Assembly: GCA_963713615.1 (NCBI GenBank) | Contig: CAVQMM010000001.1 | Location: forward strand, 2,976,001 to 3,040,000 | Source: an uncultured Chlamydiae bacterium | GTDB taxonomy: Bacteria > Chlamydiota > Chlamydiia > Chlamydiales > JAJFMA01 | Direction: 5' to 3' | DNA: 64,000 nt | Part shown: in pieces, positions 10,362 to 21,291 of the stretch | How positions within the stretch are numbered: position 1 is the first letter of the stretch | How the letters are laid out: each line of letters starts with the position of its first letter | Position numbers and translations under genes: made by a program | The notes under the pieces: generated by a model | Seen by the model: only the letters and a program-made list of their open reading frames with translations | The model's database searches: none | Told to the model about the DNA's origin: nothing

Positions 10362-10398
10362 CAAGGGAGAATGATCCAAAATCTTATGAAATAGATAA

Positions 10399-10626
10399 TG
10401 GAGCGCGGTGAAGGTGGGTCGTTTTAAGCGACCGCCAGATGGGTCGTTTTAAGCGACCGCCAAGTGGGTCGTTTTTGGGTGACCGCCAAATGGGTCGTTT
10501 CAAGCGACCGCCAAGTGGGTCATTTTGGATGACCGCCAGATGGGTCGTTTTAGGCGACCCGCCAAGTGGGTCGTTTTGAGTGACCGCCAAGTGGGTCGTT
10601 TAGGCGACCGCCAAATGGGTCGTTTT
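10399..10626 (-). repeat. IS21 right-end array, about 9 copies of the same 25-bp unit, inverted
   Basis: GACCGCCAARTGGGTCGTTTT units read directly. Confidence 0.9.
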
Positions 10627-10924
10627 CGTGGTTGTTGACATGTACGATCGTGACGATGGCTTTTTTGTCGATTGACCCTCAAAAGACCTCTGTGCTCGCA
10701 GAACCTAGAAATTGACATAGAAGTACCTGGAAGACGGTATTTGCTAGGTACCACATTCACAACTCACTGTGCATGGAATTCTGATTCGCAATCAATCGGG
10801 GGCAGAGAAATCAACATCCGATAATCAAACTTATGTATATTCCGGTGTTCTATGAAGCATCGGTAAATCACTAAATGTAACGACTCTGGGCTTCGAATCG
10901 CTTTTTTTAAAAGCTGCTGCCAAC

Positions 10925-12163
10925 CAGGGAAATTGCATGAAGAATTTAGTTTACGCCAAGCAACCCCAATAAGTAGCCACGGTTCCACCCTGCTTTCGAA
11001 CGGCGATTTTTAATCCCTGCCTTTGTCTTTTTATCTGCCTTTAAAATATTTAGCGTGGCCCGTCGAAGCACGGAAAAATTTTCCGCCCCATTATCTTTTC
11101 TTACTTTGCATCCATCCTCTGCATAGGATACATCTAGCTGCCAGTGCAACTGGTTCTCAATTGTCCAATGAGAGCGTATCGCATGGGCCATTTTCCTCGC
11201 ATCGGACGAGAGGCTGGATATGTAAAACCGTGTTTCTGTTGAAGTTACACCCTTAATTGTTCTTGTACTCCTAACTGCGGCAAGACTCCTTAAACCTGTC
11301 CATTCTGTTTTTTGTGGTAGCCACTCAAGATCTTCACATACCCAAACTTCTCGTTTCTCAACTCGTCCTCGCGACTTTTCTTCGCTCACAAAAAAGTCAC
11401 AACCACTGGCTTCCGGTAGACCTTCAACCACTTGCTCAAAAAAGTTTTGAGCCTCAGCATGTAGATGTCCTTGATTCCCTTTTAGACCTATCACGTAGTC
11501 TCCTCCTTGCTCCACGATCTGCTTAACAAGTGGCCTATGACATCCTCCGGCATCCACTGTAATTGTAGCACCCCTAATATCGAGCATGGCAAGAAGCAAG
11601 GGAAAAGCAGTGATTTCATTGGATTTTAGCTCTGTTGCAAGCTGCCCTAGAACAAGTTGATTTTCCGCTGAAAATGCACTCACGATATGAATGGCTCTTA
11701 CATCATTTGTCGTATCGGAAGAGTTGCATAAGGTTTTGCCGTCCAAAGCGATGATGCCACCTATCGTTTTGGCAATATGCTGAGTCCAGTTAATAAAACA
11801 CCGCTCAAACGCCTGTGGGTTGACAAAGCGGAAAAAGCGCGAGAAAGTGTCATGCGAAGGGACACCATCAGAACACATTTGAAGCTCGTGTAACCATTCA
11901 AGATTAGACTCAGACCATAAGCTAACCTCTACCCAATCATCAGCCCCGCAAAGTATAGCGAGGATGGCGATCGATACGATCTCGGAGACACTGTAGGCCT
12001 GGTTTCTTGCCTTACGAGGATCTGGTAGGATTGAAAACGCGAGCATGATAGAAGTTTCTCTGACTGCATGTTGTTGTGACATTATACATCTCCCTGATGA
12101 AAAAGAGAAGTAGTCGCAACAATTTGAAAAATAGTCAAATCATTTCTTCATGCAATTTCCCTG
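10925..12163 (-). mobile_element. ISAs1-family element (1239 bp), 20-bp IR CAGGGAAATTGCATGAAGAA, 10-bp TSD TGCTGCCAAC
   Basis: IRs at both ends; TSD at 10915-10924 and 12164-12173. Confidence 0.95.
10946..12082 (-). CDS. ISAs1-family transposase
   Basis: 378 aa; PSHDTF, ALDGKT, KSNEI, LKGNQ, RSHWTIENQLHWQLDV. Confidence 0.95.
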   Translation of the reverse strand: MSQQHAVRETSIMLAFSILPDPRKARNQAYSVSEIVSIAILAILCGADDWVEVSLWSESNLEWLHELQMCSDGVPSHDTFSRFFRFVNPQAFERCFINWTQHIAKTIGGIIALDGKTLCNSSDTTNDVRAIHIVSAFSAENQLVLGQLATELKSNEITAFPLLLAMLDIRGATITVDAGGCHRPLVKQIVEQGGDYVIGLKGNQGHLHAEAQNFFEQVVEGLPEASGCDFFVSEEKSRGRVEKREVWVCEDLEWLPQKTEWTGLRSLAAVRSTRTIKGVTSTETRFYISSLSSDARKMAHAIRSHWTIENQLHWQLDVSYAEDGCKVRKDNGAENFSVLRRATLNILKADKKTKAGIKNRRSKAGWNRGYLLGLLGVN

Positions 12164-12375
12164 TGCTGCCAACAGAGTTTTAGATCCCAAAAACCGTTTA
12201 CATAGCGCTCCTTCACTGCAATAGCAAGAAGCGTAGGAAAAAGACTTAAAGTTTAATTGGTGTAGTCCTTGATTTTTGATATCTGTAGCTGATTTAGACA
12301 ATTTTTTTTCAATTTACTGATATTTTGTTAAGATCTCAAGTTCTATCTTATATCAATTGACTAAAACTAAATGTT

Positions 12376-12891
12376 CTACCCAAGTATTTTTTTTAGTTTA
12401 ATTTGGTTATGAACTTGCTTTTCAATTCCGTAATCAAACCCTTTGTGACTCACACAAAAGCTGATCATTGATTTTGTTACCTTAATAGCTGCAAGTTCCC
12501 AAAACTGCTCTCTATCATTTCCTTGGAGCTGTCGAGCAACTATCGCTAAATCATCGATTATTGTGTCTGTAAATTTTCTGGTATATTTATTGGCGCTTAC
12601 AGAAAGAGGTTCACCTCTATTGGGTCTCCCTTGAGCAGCGCGTATGTCCTGTGAAAATTCATGCTTGTGGGCTTGATAAGAAGTATAGCAAACGGAGTTC
12701 ACAAGTGCCGGTATATCCTCTGATGAATTCCTTTCGGTTATCATCAAAGCATGTTCCGAGAATGTGCTTTGAATGTTGAATAAACAGTCATCCATCGTAG
12801 TTGCTTCTTCATCCCATCCGTGATCAGCTTGCAAACAGCTTGCCATTATAGAAGTCAAAATTGTAAATATCGAGATTAATATTTTTTTCAC
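12376..12891 (-). CDS. Hypothetical protein with predicted signal peptide
   Basis: GTG start after AGGA; MKKILISIFTILTSIMASCLQA has basic + hydrophobic + LQA pattern; 171 aa. Confidence 0.65.
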   Translation of the reverse strand: MKKILISIFTILTSIMASCLQADHGWDEEATTMDDCLFNIQSTFSEHALMITERNSSEDIPALVNSVCYTSYQAHKHEFSQDIRAAQGRPNRGEPLSVSANKYTRKFTDTIIDDLAIVARQLQGNDREQFWELAAIKVTKSMISFCVSHKGFDYGIEKQVHNQIKLKKILG

Positions 12892-13429
12892 ATTGATCCT
12901 TTTTATACTGAGATTTAAGAAGTTAGTCAGATGGCCGTCACGCCACTGGATGTAGTCCGGTGATGCAAGTCAACTCGAGGCGCCGAGACGCAAACGGTTA
13001 TAGTCGTTGTTCCGTTGTCTGGACTAGTCTTGCTGATAAATCTTTTCGAAGGCTAAGTGGTCAAAGCCTCTAATAAAATTAGCTTTCATCGGGCCTTCCA
13101 AACGATTTTATGCAAAGTTAATAAGGCTATATCTAGAACATGTTATGCTAACATAGACTGGGATTGTCTGTCTCCAAAAATGTGGTCACTTAGTGGTTCA
13201 AGTATTTTATAATTCATGTCATATTGGATGCAAAATTTGAAGGAACTGGTTCCAGTCGGATCGTTACGGAATAGTGAGAGGTTTTATGTAGGAAATAATT
13301 TACACTACTGTTCAATTCTGTTCGACATAGACCCTTTGGATGAATGATTAATACAAGTATAAATGCACGCAATTGAATGTTTTCTTTATCGTTCTTATTT
13401 ACAGTGTCGATAGTTAAATCGATATTTCA

Positions 13430-13575
13430 ATAAAATTCAAGACCTCCGAAATCAAGAGTTTAGTGATTGAAGAAATGGAGAAGAAAATCGAACGCATTTC
13501 TGTCCCTAAAGGATTCTCAATTAGGCGTCAACGGAGTTAGCCAATATTCAATGATATTGTGGAATTTTCAAAATG
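13430..13575 (+). pseudogene. Degraded C-terminal remnant of an AAA-ATPase/PD-(D/E)XK (DUF234-like) gene
   Basis: Manual translation IKFKTSEIKSLVIEEMEKKIERISVPKGFSIR, then VNGVS in a shifted frame; resemblance from memory only. Confidence 0.4.
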
Positions 13576-14004
13576 TTTCAATTAAAAAGATGAGGCCATT
13601 GGAGTTAGCACGGTTTAGAAACTATTTCGAATTTATAAGGCTTGCCAGAGCACAAAGGGACAGCGAAACTAAAATCCGATAATCTAACGTTCACCATCGT
13701 AGGAGATTATCGCTCAAGGTGAAAGGATCAAGAACAGATCGACCGCTTATTCACTCTGTGTGGATCGTAAAGTCTCTAATCAGGGTTACTCTCGCATTGG
13801 GATATCTCTATGTTTAAATAAAAGACTGATAATTGACTGAAAGTGAAATTTGAATCATACTCATTGTCAGATTCTTATGAGAAAGGAGAAGACTATGTTT
13901 GAAGCAACCTATTGCCCTTCATTTATAGATAGAAGTTTGCGATTTCTGAGATTTTCGAATCTTTTTGCTATCTTGCTGCCTTTTTCAAGCATAGAGATTC
14001 GCGA

Positions 14005-14928
14005 ATGAAAAAATACTATCGTGTCATACTAGGAAGAAAAAACATTCATGTAGAGGACAGTCTTCATGGGAAGTTTATTGGCGCCAGCTTTGGTATTGAA
14101 CAAGATCTTGGCAAATTGTCCGACGATTGGAAGTCCTTTAACCAAGTGCTAATCCCCGCCTATCTCGAAAAATGCCCTGGAAAAAGTAAAATTGCTGCTG
14201 GATTGGCCTGCGGGGTTCTTCACACTATAGCAAAGGAAATGAAAGAAGGCGACGTTGTTCTCTGCCCAAATGGTGCAGGCCAATACCTTGTAGGTGAGGT
14301 GCTTAAAGAGTATTCCTATCACCCCCTGGAAATTTTACCTCATAGGCGAACTGTGTGTTGGCAGACCGAGAGGATAGAGCGATCTAATATGAGCCCCTCG
14401 CTAAAAAATTCAACTGGATCAGTCGGGACGATTAGCGACGTTACCAAGTATGCAGAAGAAATCGAAAGACTTATAGCTGGCAAGTCCTCGGTTGCTCTCG
14501 TAAGCAAAAACGAAGAAATTGAGGATTCTAGCGTTTTCGCCCTTGAAAAGCATCTGGAAGATTTTCTTATACATAATTGGAAGCAGACCCTCTTAGGAAA
14601 AGATTACGATATTTATCAAGAGGAAGGGCAACTAGAAGGACAACAATTTCGCACAGATACAGGCTTTATTGATATTCTGGCTATCAGCAAAGACAAAAAA
14701 GAACTGCTTGTGGTTGAGCTAAAGAAGGGACGAGCAAGTGACGCGGTGTTAGGTCAAATACAGCGTTATATGGGTTATGTTTTAGAAGAACTTGCGGAGG
14801 AAGGACAGACGGTTAGAGGAGTAATTATTGGCTTGGAAGACGATCTCAGAATTCGAAGATCGCTAGCAGTTGCACCAAACATAAGATTTTATAGATACCA
14901 AGTAAATTTTTCTCTCTTCAAAAGTTAA
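14005..14928 (+). CDS. NucS-like (DUF91) PD-(D/E)XK endonuclease with an N-terminal putative recognition domain
   Basis: LEKHLEDFL, GFIDILA, LVVELKKG, GQIQRYMG, VRGVIIG. Confidence 0.82.
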   Translation: MKKYYRVILGRKNIHVEDSLHGKFIGASFGIEQDLGKLSDDWKSFNQVLIPAYLEKCPGKSKIAAGLACGVLHTIAKEMKEGDVVLCPNGAGQYLVGEVLKEYSYHPLEILPHRRTVCWQTERIERSNMSPSLKNSTGSVGTISDVTKYAEEIERLIAGKSSVALVSKNEEIEDSSVFALEKHLEDFLIHNWKQTLLGKDYDIYQEEGQLEGQQFRTDTGFIDILAISKDKKELLVVELKKGRASDAVLGQIQRYMGYVLEELAEEGQTVRGVIIGLEDDLRIRRSLAVAPNIRFYRYQVNFSLFKS

Positions 14929-15211
14929 AAGCTATCCAAGGCCCATTTATTAGAACTTGCACGGCAGATTTTTGACTTTTGTCTCATGGATGATGTTATG
15001 GCATTATGTTCATCATTCTTTAAAACAAGTTCTGAATCGAGCGACTTAAGTGATTAAACCATAGTTCTATACGATATTTTTGACCTTGGTATACTGAGAT
15101 CACTATTTGATGGTCAAACAGCGGCGTCTGGTGATTTTAATGCACTTGTTAGGTGCAATATAATCACATATCACATGCTTATAAACATACATATCGTGTA
15201 TATGTTGTACT

Positions 15212-16033
15212 ATGGATGAGCATGATCTGGGTGGAATAGGAAAGCTTTCCCGTAAAAGGCTTTCCGATGTGGTTAGGCGCTACAAAGGCTGTATTAAAGC
15301 TGCAGATGTTGCTGATTGTCTTGAAATATCAGGGGCCAAAGCTAGGAATTTGCTAGCACTGTGGTCCAAGCATGGATGGTTGCAGCGGATCCGTTCAGGA
15401 ATATACTTGGCTGTTGAATTAGCTTCAGAATCACCAGAAGATATTTTAATAGATCCTTGGGTAATTGCGACTCAGTTGTACTCACCTTGTTATTTAGGTG
15501 GATGGTCAGCTTGTCAGCATTGGGATTTCACGGAACAAATTTTTGATAGAACATTAGTCTTAACTACAAAGCGAATAAATGGAAAAGAACAGATCGTCGG
15601 AAATCTACATTTCCTAATCAAGAAGACCGATTCTGCTAAATTTTTTGGGCTTAAGACCATTTGGAAAGAATCATTTAAAGTACAAATTTCTGATCCTCAT
15701 AGGACGATCATTGATATTCTCGATGACCCAGCTCTTGCAGGAGGGATTCGCTCCGTTGTTGATATGCTTAAGAAGTATCTTTATTCGGAACATTTTAATT
15801 CTTCGTTGTTGTTGGAATATGCTTTCAAAATGAATAACAAAACGATCTTCAAAAGATTGGGTTTTTTGCTTTCCATTCTCAAATTTGAAGACATTGCTTT
15901 AATAAAGCAATGCCGGCAGAATATAAGCCAAGGCAATTCACAAATCGACCCTTCTTCAAAGGGCAAACGACTCATTAAAAAATGGGGGCTTTGGCTTCCG
16001 AATGACTTTGAGAGTATTTTTAAAAAAGCGTGA
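15212..16033 (+). CDS. abiEi: Type IV TA antitoxin, AbiEi family
   Basis: N-terminal wHTH (WLQRIRSGIY), YLGGWSA, SDPHRTIID, KRLGFL; upstream of a nucleotidyltransferase. Confidence 0.85.
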   Translation: MDEHDLGGIGKLSRKRLSDVVRRYKGCIKAADVADCLEISGAKARNLLALWSKHGWLQRIRSGIYLAVELASESPEDILIDPWVIATQLYSPCYLGGWSACQHWDFTEQIFDRTLVLTTKRINGKEQIVGNLHFLIKKTDSAKFFGLKTIWKESFKVQISDPHRTIIDILDDPALAGGIRSVVDMLKKYLYSEHFNSSLLLEYAFKMNNKTIFKRLGFLLSILKFEDIALIKQCRQNISQGNSQIDPSSKGKRLIKKWGLWLPNDFESIFKKA

Positions 16034-16039
16034 AAATTC

Positions 16040-16882
16040 ATGATAGATAAATACGAAATACTGAAAACGGCTAAATTGCTTGGTCTGCAGCCTACAACGG
16101 TTGAGAAGGATTATGTGCTCGGATGGGTGCTGATGGCCATACAAGTACATCCCGAATGCCAAGAAAAATGGATTTTTAAAGGAGGAACCTGTCTTAAAAA
16201 ATGTTTCTTTGACAACTACAGATTTTCTGAAGACTTAGATTTTACAATTTTGGCTCAAGACCATATCGAAGAAGCGCTAATGAAGAAAATTCTCAAAGAG
16301 GCTAGTGAGTGGGTATATGAACAATCCGGTATAGAACTGCCTGACAAGCATATTTCTATAGACCTCTACAAAAATTCTCATAGCGCTTTCTCTATTGAAG
16401 GTAAGTTAACCTACTTTGGTCCACTCAAGCAAAAAACAAATTTTCCACGTATAAAGCTTGATTTGACGGCTCATGAAAAAGTGGTGTTGCCACCGGAAAG
16501 GCGCATCATTTTTCACAACTACTCCGATAGGCCTAGTAATGCGCCACATGCTTTAAGTTACTGCTACGAAGAAATTTTTGCTGAAAAGCTTCGAGCGCTT
16601 GCCGAACGTGCCCGTCCCAGGGATCTTTATGATGTTATTCATCTTTATGAAGGGCGCCACGGCCTTTCGGATAAGGGTAAATTTTTAGAGTCCCTTTCAG
16701 CCAAATGTGAGTTCAAAAAAATTCCAGTGCCAACCCTAGAATACATAGAGAGGCATCCTCAAAAGGCAACTCTTTCATCGGAATGGGACAATATGCTACG
16801 TCATCAGCTCCCTGAGTTGAAGCCCTTTGACTATTTTTGGAAAGAACTTGAGCATATTTTTGAATGGGTTAGCAGCAAGTGA
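16040..16882 (+). CDS. abiEii: Type IV TA toxin, AbiEii/AbiGii nucleotidyltransferase
   Basis: VEKDY, FKGGTCLKK, YRFSEDLDF, AEKLRAL, RPRDLYD. Confidence 0.92.
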   Translation: MIDKYEILKTAKLLGLQPTTVEKDYVLGWVLMAIQVHPECQEKWIFKGGTCLKKCFFDNYRFSEDLDFTILAQDHIEEALMKKILKEASEWVYEQSGIELPDKHISIDLYKNSHSAFSIEGKLTYFGPLKQKTNFPRIKLDLTAHEKVVLPPERRIIFHNYSDRPSNAPHALSYCYEEIFAEKLRALAERARPRDLYDVIHLYEGRHGLSDKGKFLESLSAKCEFKKIPVPTLEYIERHPQKATLSSEWDNMLRHQLPELKPFDYFWKELEHIFEWVSSK

Positions 16883-16903
16883 ATGAGGCAAAAATCCCGT
16901 ACG

Positions 16904-18949
16904 CTAATCTTGTATTCCTTTAAGTAATGCATCGCGGGCATCCGAATAGAACTGAATATCTACCTTTGTGGCCATATCGTCCGATAGATCTAGGAGCTGA
17001 CGACGACACGTAACAGGCATTAGAAGTGTAGTAGCTCCTTTTTCTACAGCGATTTCCGCTATTGTCACAGCGTTATGCACGGGCTCAATAGATCCTCCAA
17101 GATTAATCTCGCCGACGACAATTAACCCGCCGCGGACACTTTTTTTCAATAGTGCCGTACTCATACTTAGAATTGCAGCCACCCCTAACCTCGATCCCGC
17201 CTTCGCCGCATCGAAAGCGCGAAGCTGTATAGTGAATTCGTGTTGCCGCGGGTCCTTATCGCCAACCAACTGCATCGAACGTGCGTAAAGGTTTTGTTGG
17301 GCATAACCTACTGATTCTTTGAATGCGGGCGGTACCGGCTTGTTTAGTATTTTTACACCATTCCCAGGGCCTTCATTTACCTCAATCCGGTATAGACCCG
17401 GATGCTCGTCACTATCACCTGGACTTATGGTCCAAATTTGACCCGGTTCGAGTGGATCAGCACCGATTCCTCCGTCGCTCTGAAGTTCAGGTGTTCCTAC
17501 AAATTTTTCAACACCATTGTCACCTAAACTATAGCTAAAATGAGTATTTCGGAACTCCGCTGCACCTATGCGTTTCTGCTGTTCCTTGACACGACGACGT
17601 GCTTCTAGTGCCAATCGCACGGCCCACTCGAGGTCTTCATCCGGAACCATATCATCACTGCCAGGATAGAGTAGCTTTAATAAACCACTGACGGTTTTGT
17701 TAACGGCATTGGTGTCTCGTCCACTCAATGCGCCACCAAAGTATACACGGTTCTGAAGTATAGCGAGGCGACTCTGGCTGCGTAGGCGACTCCAGCACTC
17801 CGACAAGAAATCGCTTACAAGACCGAAGTGATTAGTCAGCATTTCTTTATTTATCTTGGGAACATCCCAACCAGGAAGATAGGCGTGAATGCGGTCCATG
17901 AACGCCGTGTCATCACGCATTTCGGGGGGCAATGGACCAAAAAGATGGCCGATACGTTGCTGATGCTCTATATCCACGTCAAAATTGCCTACTAAAACCA
18001 GGCTTCCATCTGCACGAATACTCTCTTTACCTCGACTGAACTCTCCCGATTCCATGTATCCTTTCATGATATTAACACCATCTTTCTGGTCGAAGGAAAC
18101 ACCGGAGACTTCGTCAAAACACACAACGTCGTATTGGCACACTAGACCACGTTGTCCACTGGTATTGTTGACAAACATGCGTGCTACGGTGGCCTTGCCT
18201 CCAGAAATAAGATGGGCATATGGTGATACTTGTTGGAAAAGATGACTCTTGCCCGTTCCACGGGGTCCTAGTTCCACAAGATTGTAATTTCGCTCAACAA
18301 AGGGCACCATTCGAAGCAAAAAGGCATCTTTGGCACGTTCCGACAATACAGATGGCTCAAGGCCTATGCTACGAAACAGGAGGGTCTTCCACTCTGAAGT
18401 AGAGAAGTGCTTTCGAGCTTCGGCAAGTTGATCTAATACATCGCGTTTTGATAATTGAATTTCACGAAGGGCGTCTACTCCAAACGGTCGGCCGTTTTTT
18501 TCCTGGGCAATTCCAGAATCATAAGATAGTGTAATCTCAGCATAAAAACCACCCGTGAGCATTCTTTCGTGCTCCTTAATTAACTGAGAGCTGATGCGTG
18601 CATCTTTAAGTTGCAGGCTGGGAAGCGTAACCAAGTAGGAATCGGTTTTTGTATCAAGTCGAGCACTAATAAGGTCGATAACCTTAACTTCTCCTTTTTC
18701 ACGCGCATGAGCCTTAAACAGTTCTTCCTCGCCCGCTTTAACAGTTCGCGATTTGAGCTGTCGTTGCACGATTTCCAATCCCTCTTCAATTTCTTCCTGA
18801 TCAGTACTGGCACAGTATCTGCCGAGAAGGAATTCAACCACATAGGTCGGCACGGGAAACTGACGAGAGAATGTTCTTACCAAATCCTTGCGCACCAGAT
18901 AGCCATTAAGTGTGGATGCCAGAAGTTTGTCTATGTGATCTAGATCCAT
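16904..18949 (-). CDS. brxL: BREX Lon-like protein BrxL
   Basis: VPTYVVEFLLGRYC, ELGPRGTGKSH, FDEV, MKGYMESGEFSRG, C-terminal Lon-like domain. Confidence 0.93.
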   Translation of the reverse strand: MDLDHIDKLLASTLNGYLVRKDLVRTFSRQFPVPTYVVEFLLGRYCASTDQEEIEEGLEIVQRQLKSRTVKAGEEELFKAHAREKGEVKVIDLISARLDTKTDSYLVTLPSLQLKDARISSQLIKEHERMLTGGFYAEITLSYDSGIAQEKNGRPFGVDALREIQLSKRDVLDQLAEARKHFSTSEWKTLLFRSIGLEPSVLSERAKDAFLLRMVPFVERNYNLVELGPRGTGKSHLFQQVSPYAHLISGGKATVARMFVNNTSGQRGLVCQYDVVCFDEVSGVSFDQKDGVNIMKGYMESGEFSRGKESIRADGSLVLVGNFDVDIEHQQRIGHLFGPLPPEMRDDTAFMDRIHAYLPGWDVPKINKEMLTNHFGLVSDFLSECWSRLRSQSRLAILQNRVYFGGALSGRDTNAVNKTVSGLLKLLYPGSDDMVPDEDLEWAVRLALEARRRVKEQQKRIGAAEFRNTHFSYSLGDNGVEKFVGTPELQSDGGIGADPLEPGQIWTISPGDSDEHPGLYRIEVNEGPGNGVKILNKPVPPAFKESVGYAQQNLYARSMQLVGDKDPRQHEFTIQLRAFDAAKAGSRLGVAAILSMSTALLKKSVRGGLIVVGEINLGGSIEPVHNAVTIAEIAVEKGATTLLMPVTCRRQLLDLSDDMATKVDIQFYSDARDALLKGIQD

Positions 18950-21291
18950 TAGTCGTTCTCACTTCCCACGATGGTTTCCTTTTGCGAAACAACGCGATTT
19001 TGCCTGTCAGTTATGATGATGAAGGCCTTGTGATTTTCTAAGCCCTCATCTTGAACTACTACTGAACATGTTCCATCATTTTTAAATGGCTTTACACTCA
19101 TGACGATACTGGTTTTAACATCGCCTGCATAAGTTCGCAGGTCCAGACAAAGGCCAGAAGACTCTCCGTCGATGGCCACTTTACAGCGCAACCCATGCCA
19201 CACTACATCTGTGATTTCGATATGTATTCTTTCTTTTTGTTTTCCTGGAGTAACGATCAACTCTAAAGTCAAACATTCTTGTAAGCTTAACCCACCATGA
19301 GCATATTCACGACCTGTTTTATAGCATCTCACTCCATTTGGAAGGGCAAAATTCAAGCTTGAATTCCAGGACCAAGGAAAGCACTGCTCGTCTGATCTCG
19401 CGTCAGGCTTAAGTGCGGCACACCTTCCCCAGGTGTTTTCTGATAGAGAGCGTGGTAGTTTGGCTTGCGGTAGGCCGCCCGGAAGTAAAAGCCATCCATG
19501 GTCACTTACAATGCGGATTGTCTTCCATCCCTGTTCAAACAATAGATCGATTCGATCAGCGACCTTTGACAGCAGTGCATCAACATGCAATGCTAGTTTC
19601 CAACCCTGGTCGTGTCCTTCTTTATCGATATCTCCAAATTCACACCAACCTGAACCATTTGGTTCTCCATCAGTGATGCAGTCAAAGGCCTGCCAGTTAT
19701 TGTCCTTCAAAAGTTTCTTGAAGTAGTAACCTGTGAGGGGGTTTCCGGTAGATTCCACACATGGCTCAAAATTGGCATTGATGTCCTGTCCAATGATGAG
19801 GTGACGTACAGGGCTGATAGCCGGTTTACCAGTTGCGGTCACAGAGGGAATAGCAGCCCATTTTGGCTTATGTTCTACCTCGTTTCCCCGAGCTTTAAGT
19901 TGTTCAATCAAGCGCTTAGCCAGATCGAGACGTAGTCCATCAACGAAAAAATAGCATAAGCCTTGCTGGGGTTCGATCTTCTTCCAATTTTTCGAAGGGC
20001 CCCCAGGATAACCTTTTGCCTCAACCTCTTTTTGAAAGTGATGCGCTGAGTCTTCAAGCCAAGGCAAATACATGGCGTGAACTACAGAACCAACAGCCTT
20101 CAGATCTTCGGCACTACTGACACAAGCCAAAGCTCTCAACACGGCGTCATCAACCAGCCAACCAGTGCTCTGGTAAGCAGATGCAAGATGATCTATCGTG
20201 CCACTTGCTAGGCTTTGTTTGGTTCTTTCCGACAACTGTTGAATATGTTCAAGAGCTTGCGCAAGAGGCGCCTCTCCCAGTTCCGCCCAAACAAGGGCTC
20301 GTCGTTCGCGATGTTGTTCTTCAAGGCTCTTAATTCTTTGGCGCACAACAGGTGGAGTTTCATCGTTTGTTCTGATAAACTCCTTCCTTAATGAGCGTTC
20401 TTGCTCATCATTCCACTGTGGCCAGCCACCGTGAGTATCTGCGTTAGCGAAGAGGTCGTTAGATGACATTCGTGCGTTTCGAATTAGTTCTGGGATATGT
20501 GGATATCGCTTTACAGACTCGCTGAAACGTTGCCACACTGCTTGCCATGCTCCATCACGCTTAGCCAAGTGTGCGGCTCCTTTGAGAGGCCCATCTTTGG
20601 TTGGATCAAACCCAAACCGAGATTTGCATATGGCCAGAAAGCCGCGCCAGGCATTCTCATCGCGGCTGTTTTTGAATAGGTCTTCCTGATTGAGCCATTG
20701 AAGAAGATCGCGTATTGGATCGCCACCGGTTAACAGATTATTGAAATAGTCCTTATCGAGACGCCTATCTCGCAGTAGGTCGATCTCTTCATCCAACAAA
20801 AGGTAGAGGGCCGACTGCATCGCTATCTTGCAGTCTTTATCTAGGGCAACATCAAATGCCAAGCCCTTCTGACCTGAGCTAAGAAAAGCCAAGATGGTCC
20901 AGTCCTTGGCATTTATTTGGGACCAGAAGGCTCCTCGGTATTGCAATTCAGCCAATGGTTTTAGTCCTTCAGGACATGTTTCCACAGCTCTCAGCATTTG
21001 TCTACTTACACCAGGCAAGTAGAGAACAGGCGTTAGGTCTGATGAGTTTTCGAGACTTTTGTACTTACCTGCAAGAACACAACGAAGCCAAATAGCTGGG
21101 CCGGTGCGTTTTTCGGGGGTATAATCCCCAAGAACTAAAAGTTCGGGCATTTGAGCTTTCAAATGAGGGATAACTGATTCCCATTGCTGGTCGCTATCGG
21201 GCCATAATATACAAACAGGTGCAACTTGAACGTCCGAGTTATAACGGGCCGCATCACGAATCGACTCGATAAGGCGATCTACAATCTTCAT
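18949..21291 (-). CDS. pglZ: BREX-1 alkaline-phosphatase-fold protein PglZ (type B)
   Basis: FVDGLR, PSVTATGK, IVSDHGW, YAHGGLSLQE; lies between pglX and brxL. Confidence 0.92.
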   Translation of the reverse strand: MKIVDRLIESIRDAARYNSDVQVAPVCILWPDSDQQWESVIPHLKAQMPELLVLGDYTPEKRTGPAIWLRCVLAGKYKSLENSSDLTPVLYLPGVSRQMLRAVETCPEGLKPLAELQYRGAFWSQINAKDWTILAFLSSGQKGLAFDVALDKDCKIAMQSALYLLLDEEIDLLRDRRLDKDYFNNLLTGGDPIRDLLQWLNQEDLFKNSRDENAWRGFLAICKSRFGFDPTKDGPLKGAAHLAKRDGAWQAVWQRFSESVKRYPHIPELIRNARMSSNDLFANADTHGGWPQWNDEQERSLRKEFIRTNDETPPVVRQRIKSLEEQHRERRALVWAELGEAPLAQALEHIQQLSERTKQSLASGTIDHLASAYQSTGWLVDDAVLRALACVSSAEDLKAVGSVVHAMYLPWLEDSAHHFQKEVEAKGYPGGPSKNWKKIEPQQGLCYFFVDGLRLDLAKRLIEQLKARGNEVEHKPKWAAIPSVTATGKPAISPVRHLIIGQDINANFEPCVESTGNPLTGYYFKKLLKDNNWQAFDCITDGEPNGSGWCEFGDIDKEGHDQGWKLALHVDALLSKVADRIDLLFEQGWKTIRIVSDHGWLLLPGGLPQAKLPRSLSENTWGRCAALKPDARSDEQCFPWSWNSSLNFALPNGVRCYKTGREYAHGGLSLQECLTLELIVTPGKQKERIHIEITDVVWHGLRCKVAIDGESSGLCLDLRTYAGDVKTSIVMSVKPFKNDGTCSVVVQDEGLENHKAFIIITDRQNRVVSQKETIVGSEND

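Larger units (their letters stand above)
7694..10640 (+). mobile_element. Complete IS21-family element 2 (2947 bp) with 6-bp target duplication TGTACG
   Basis: Ends TGTCAACAACCAC...GTGGTTGTTGACA; TGTACG at 7688-7693 and 10641-10646; istA-istB inside. Confidence 0.95.
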
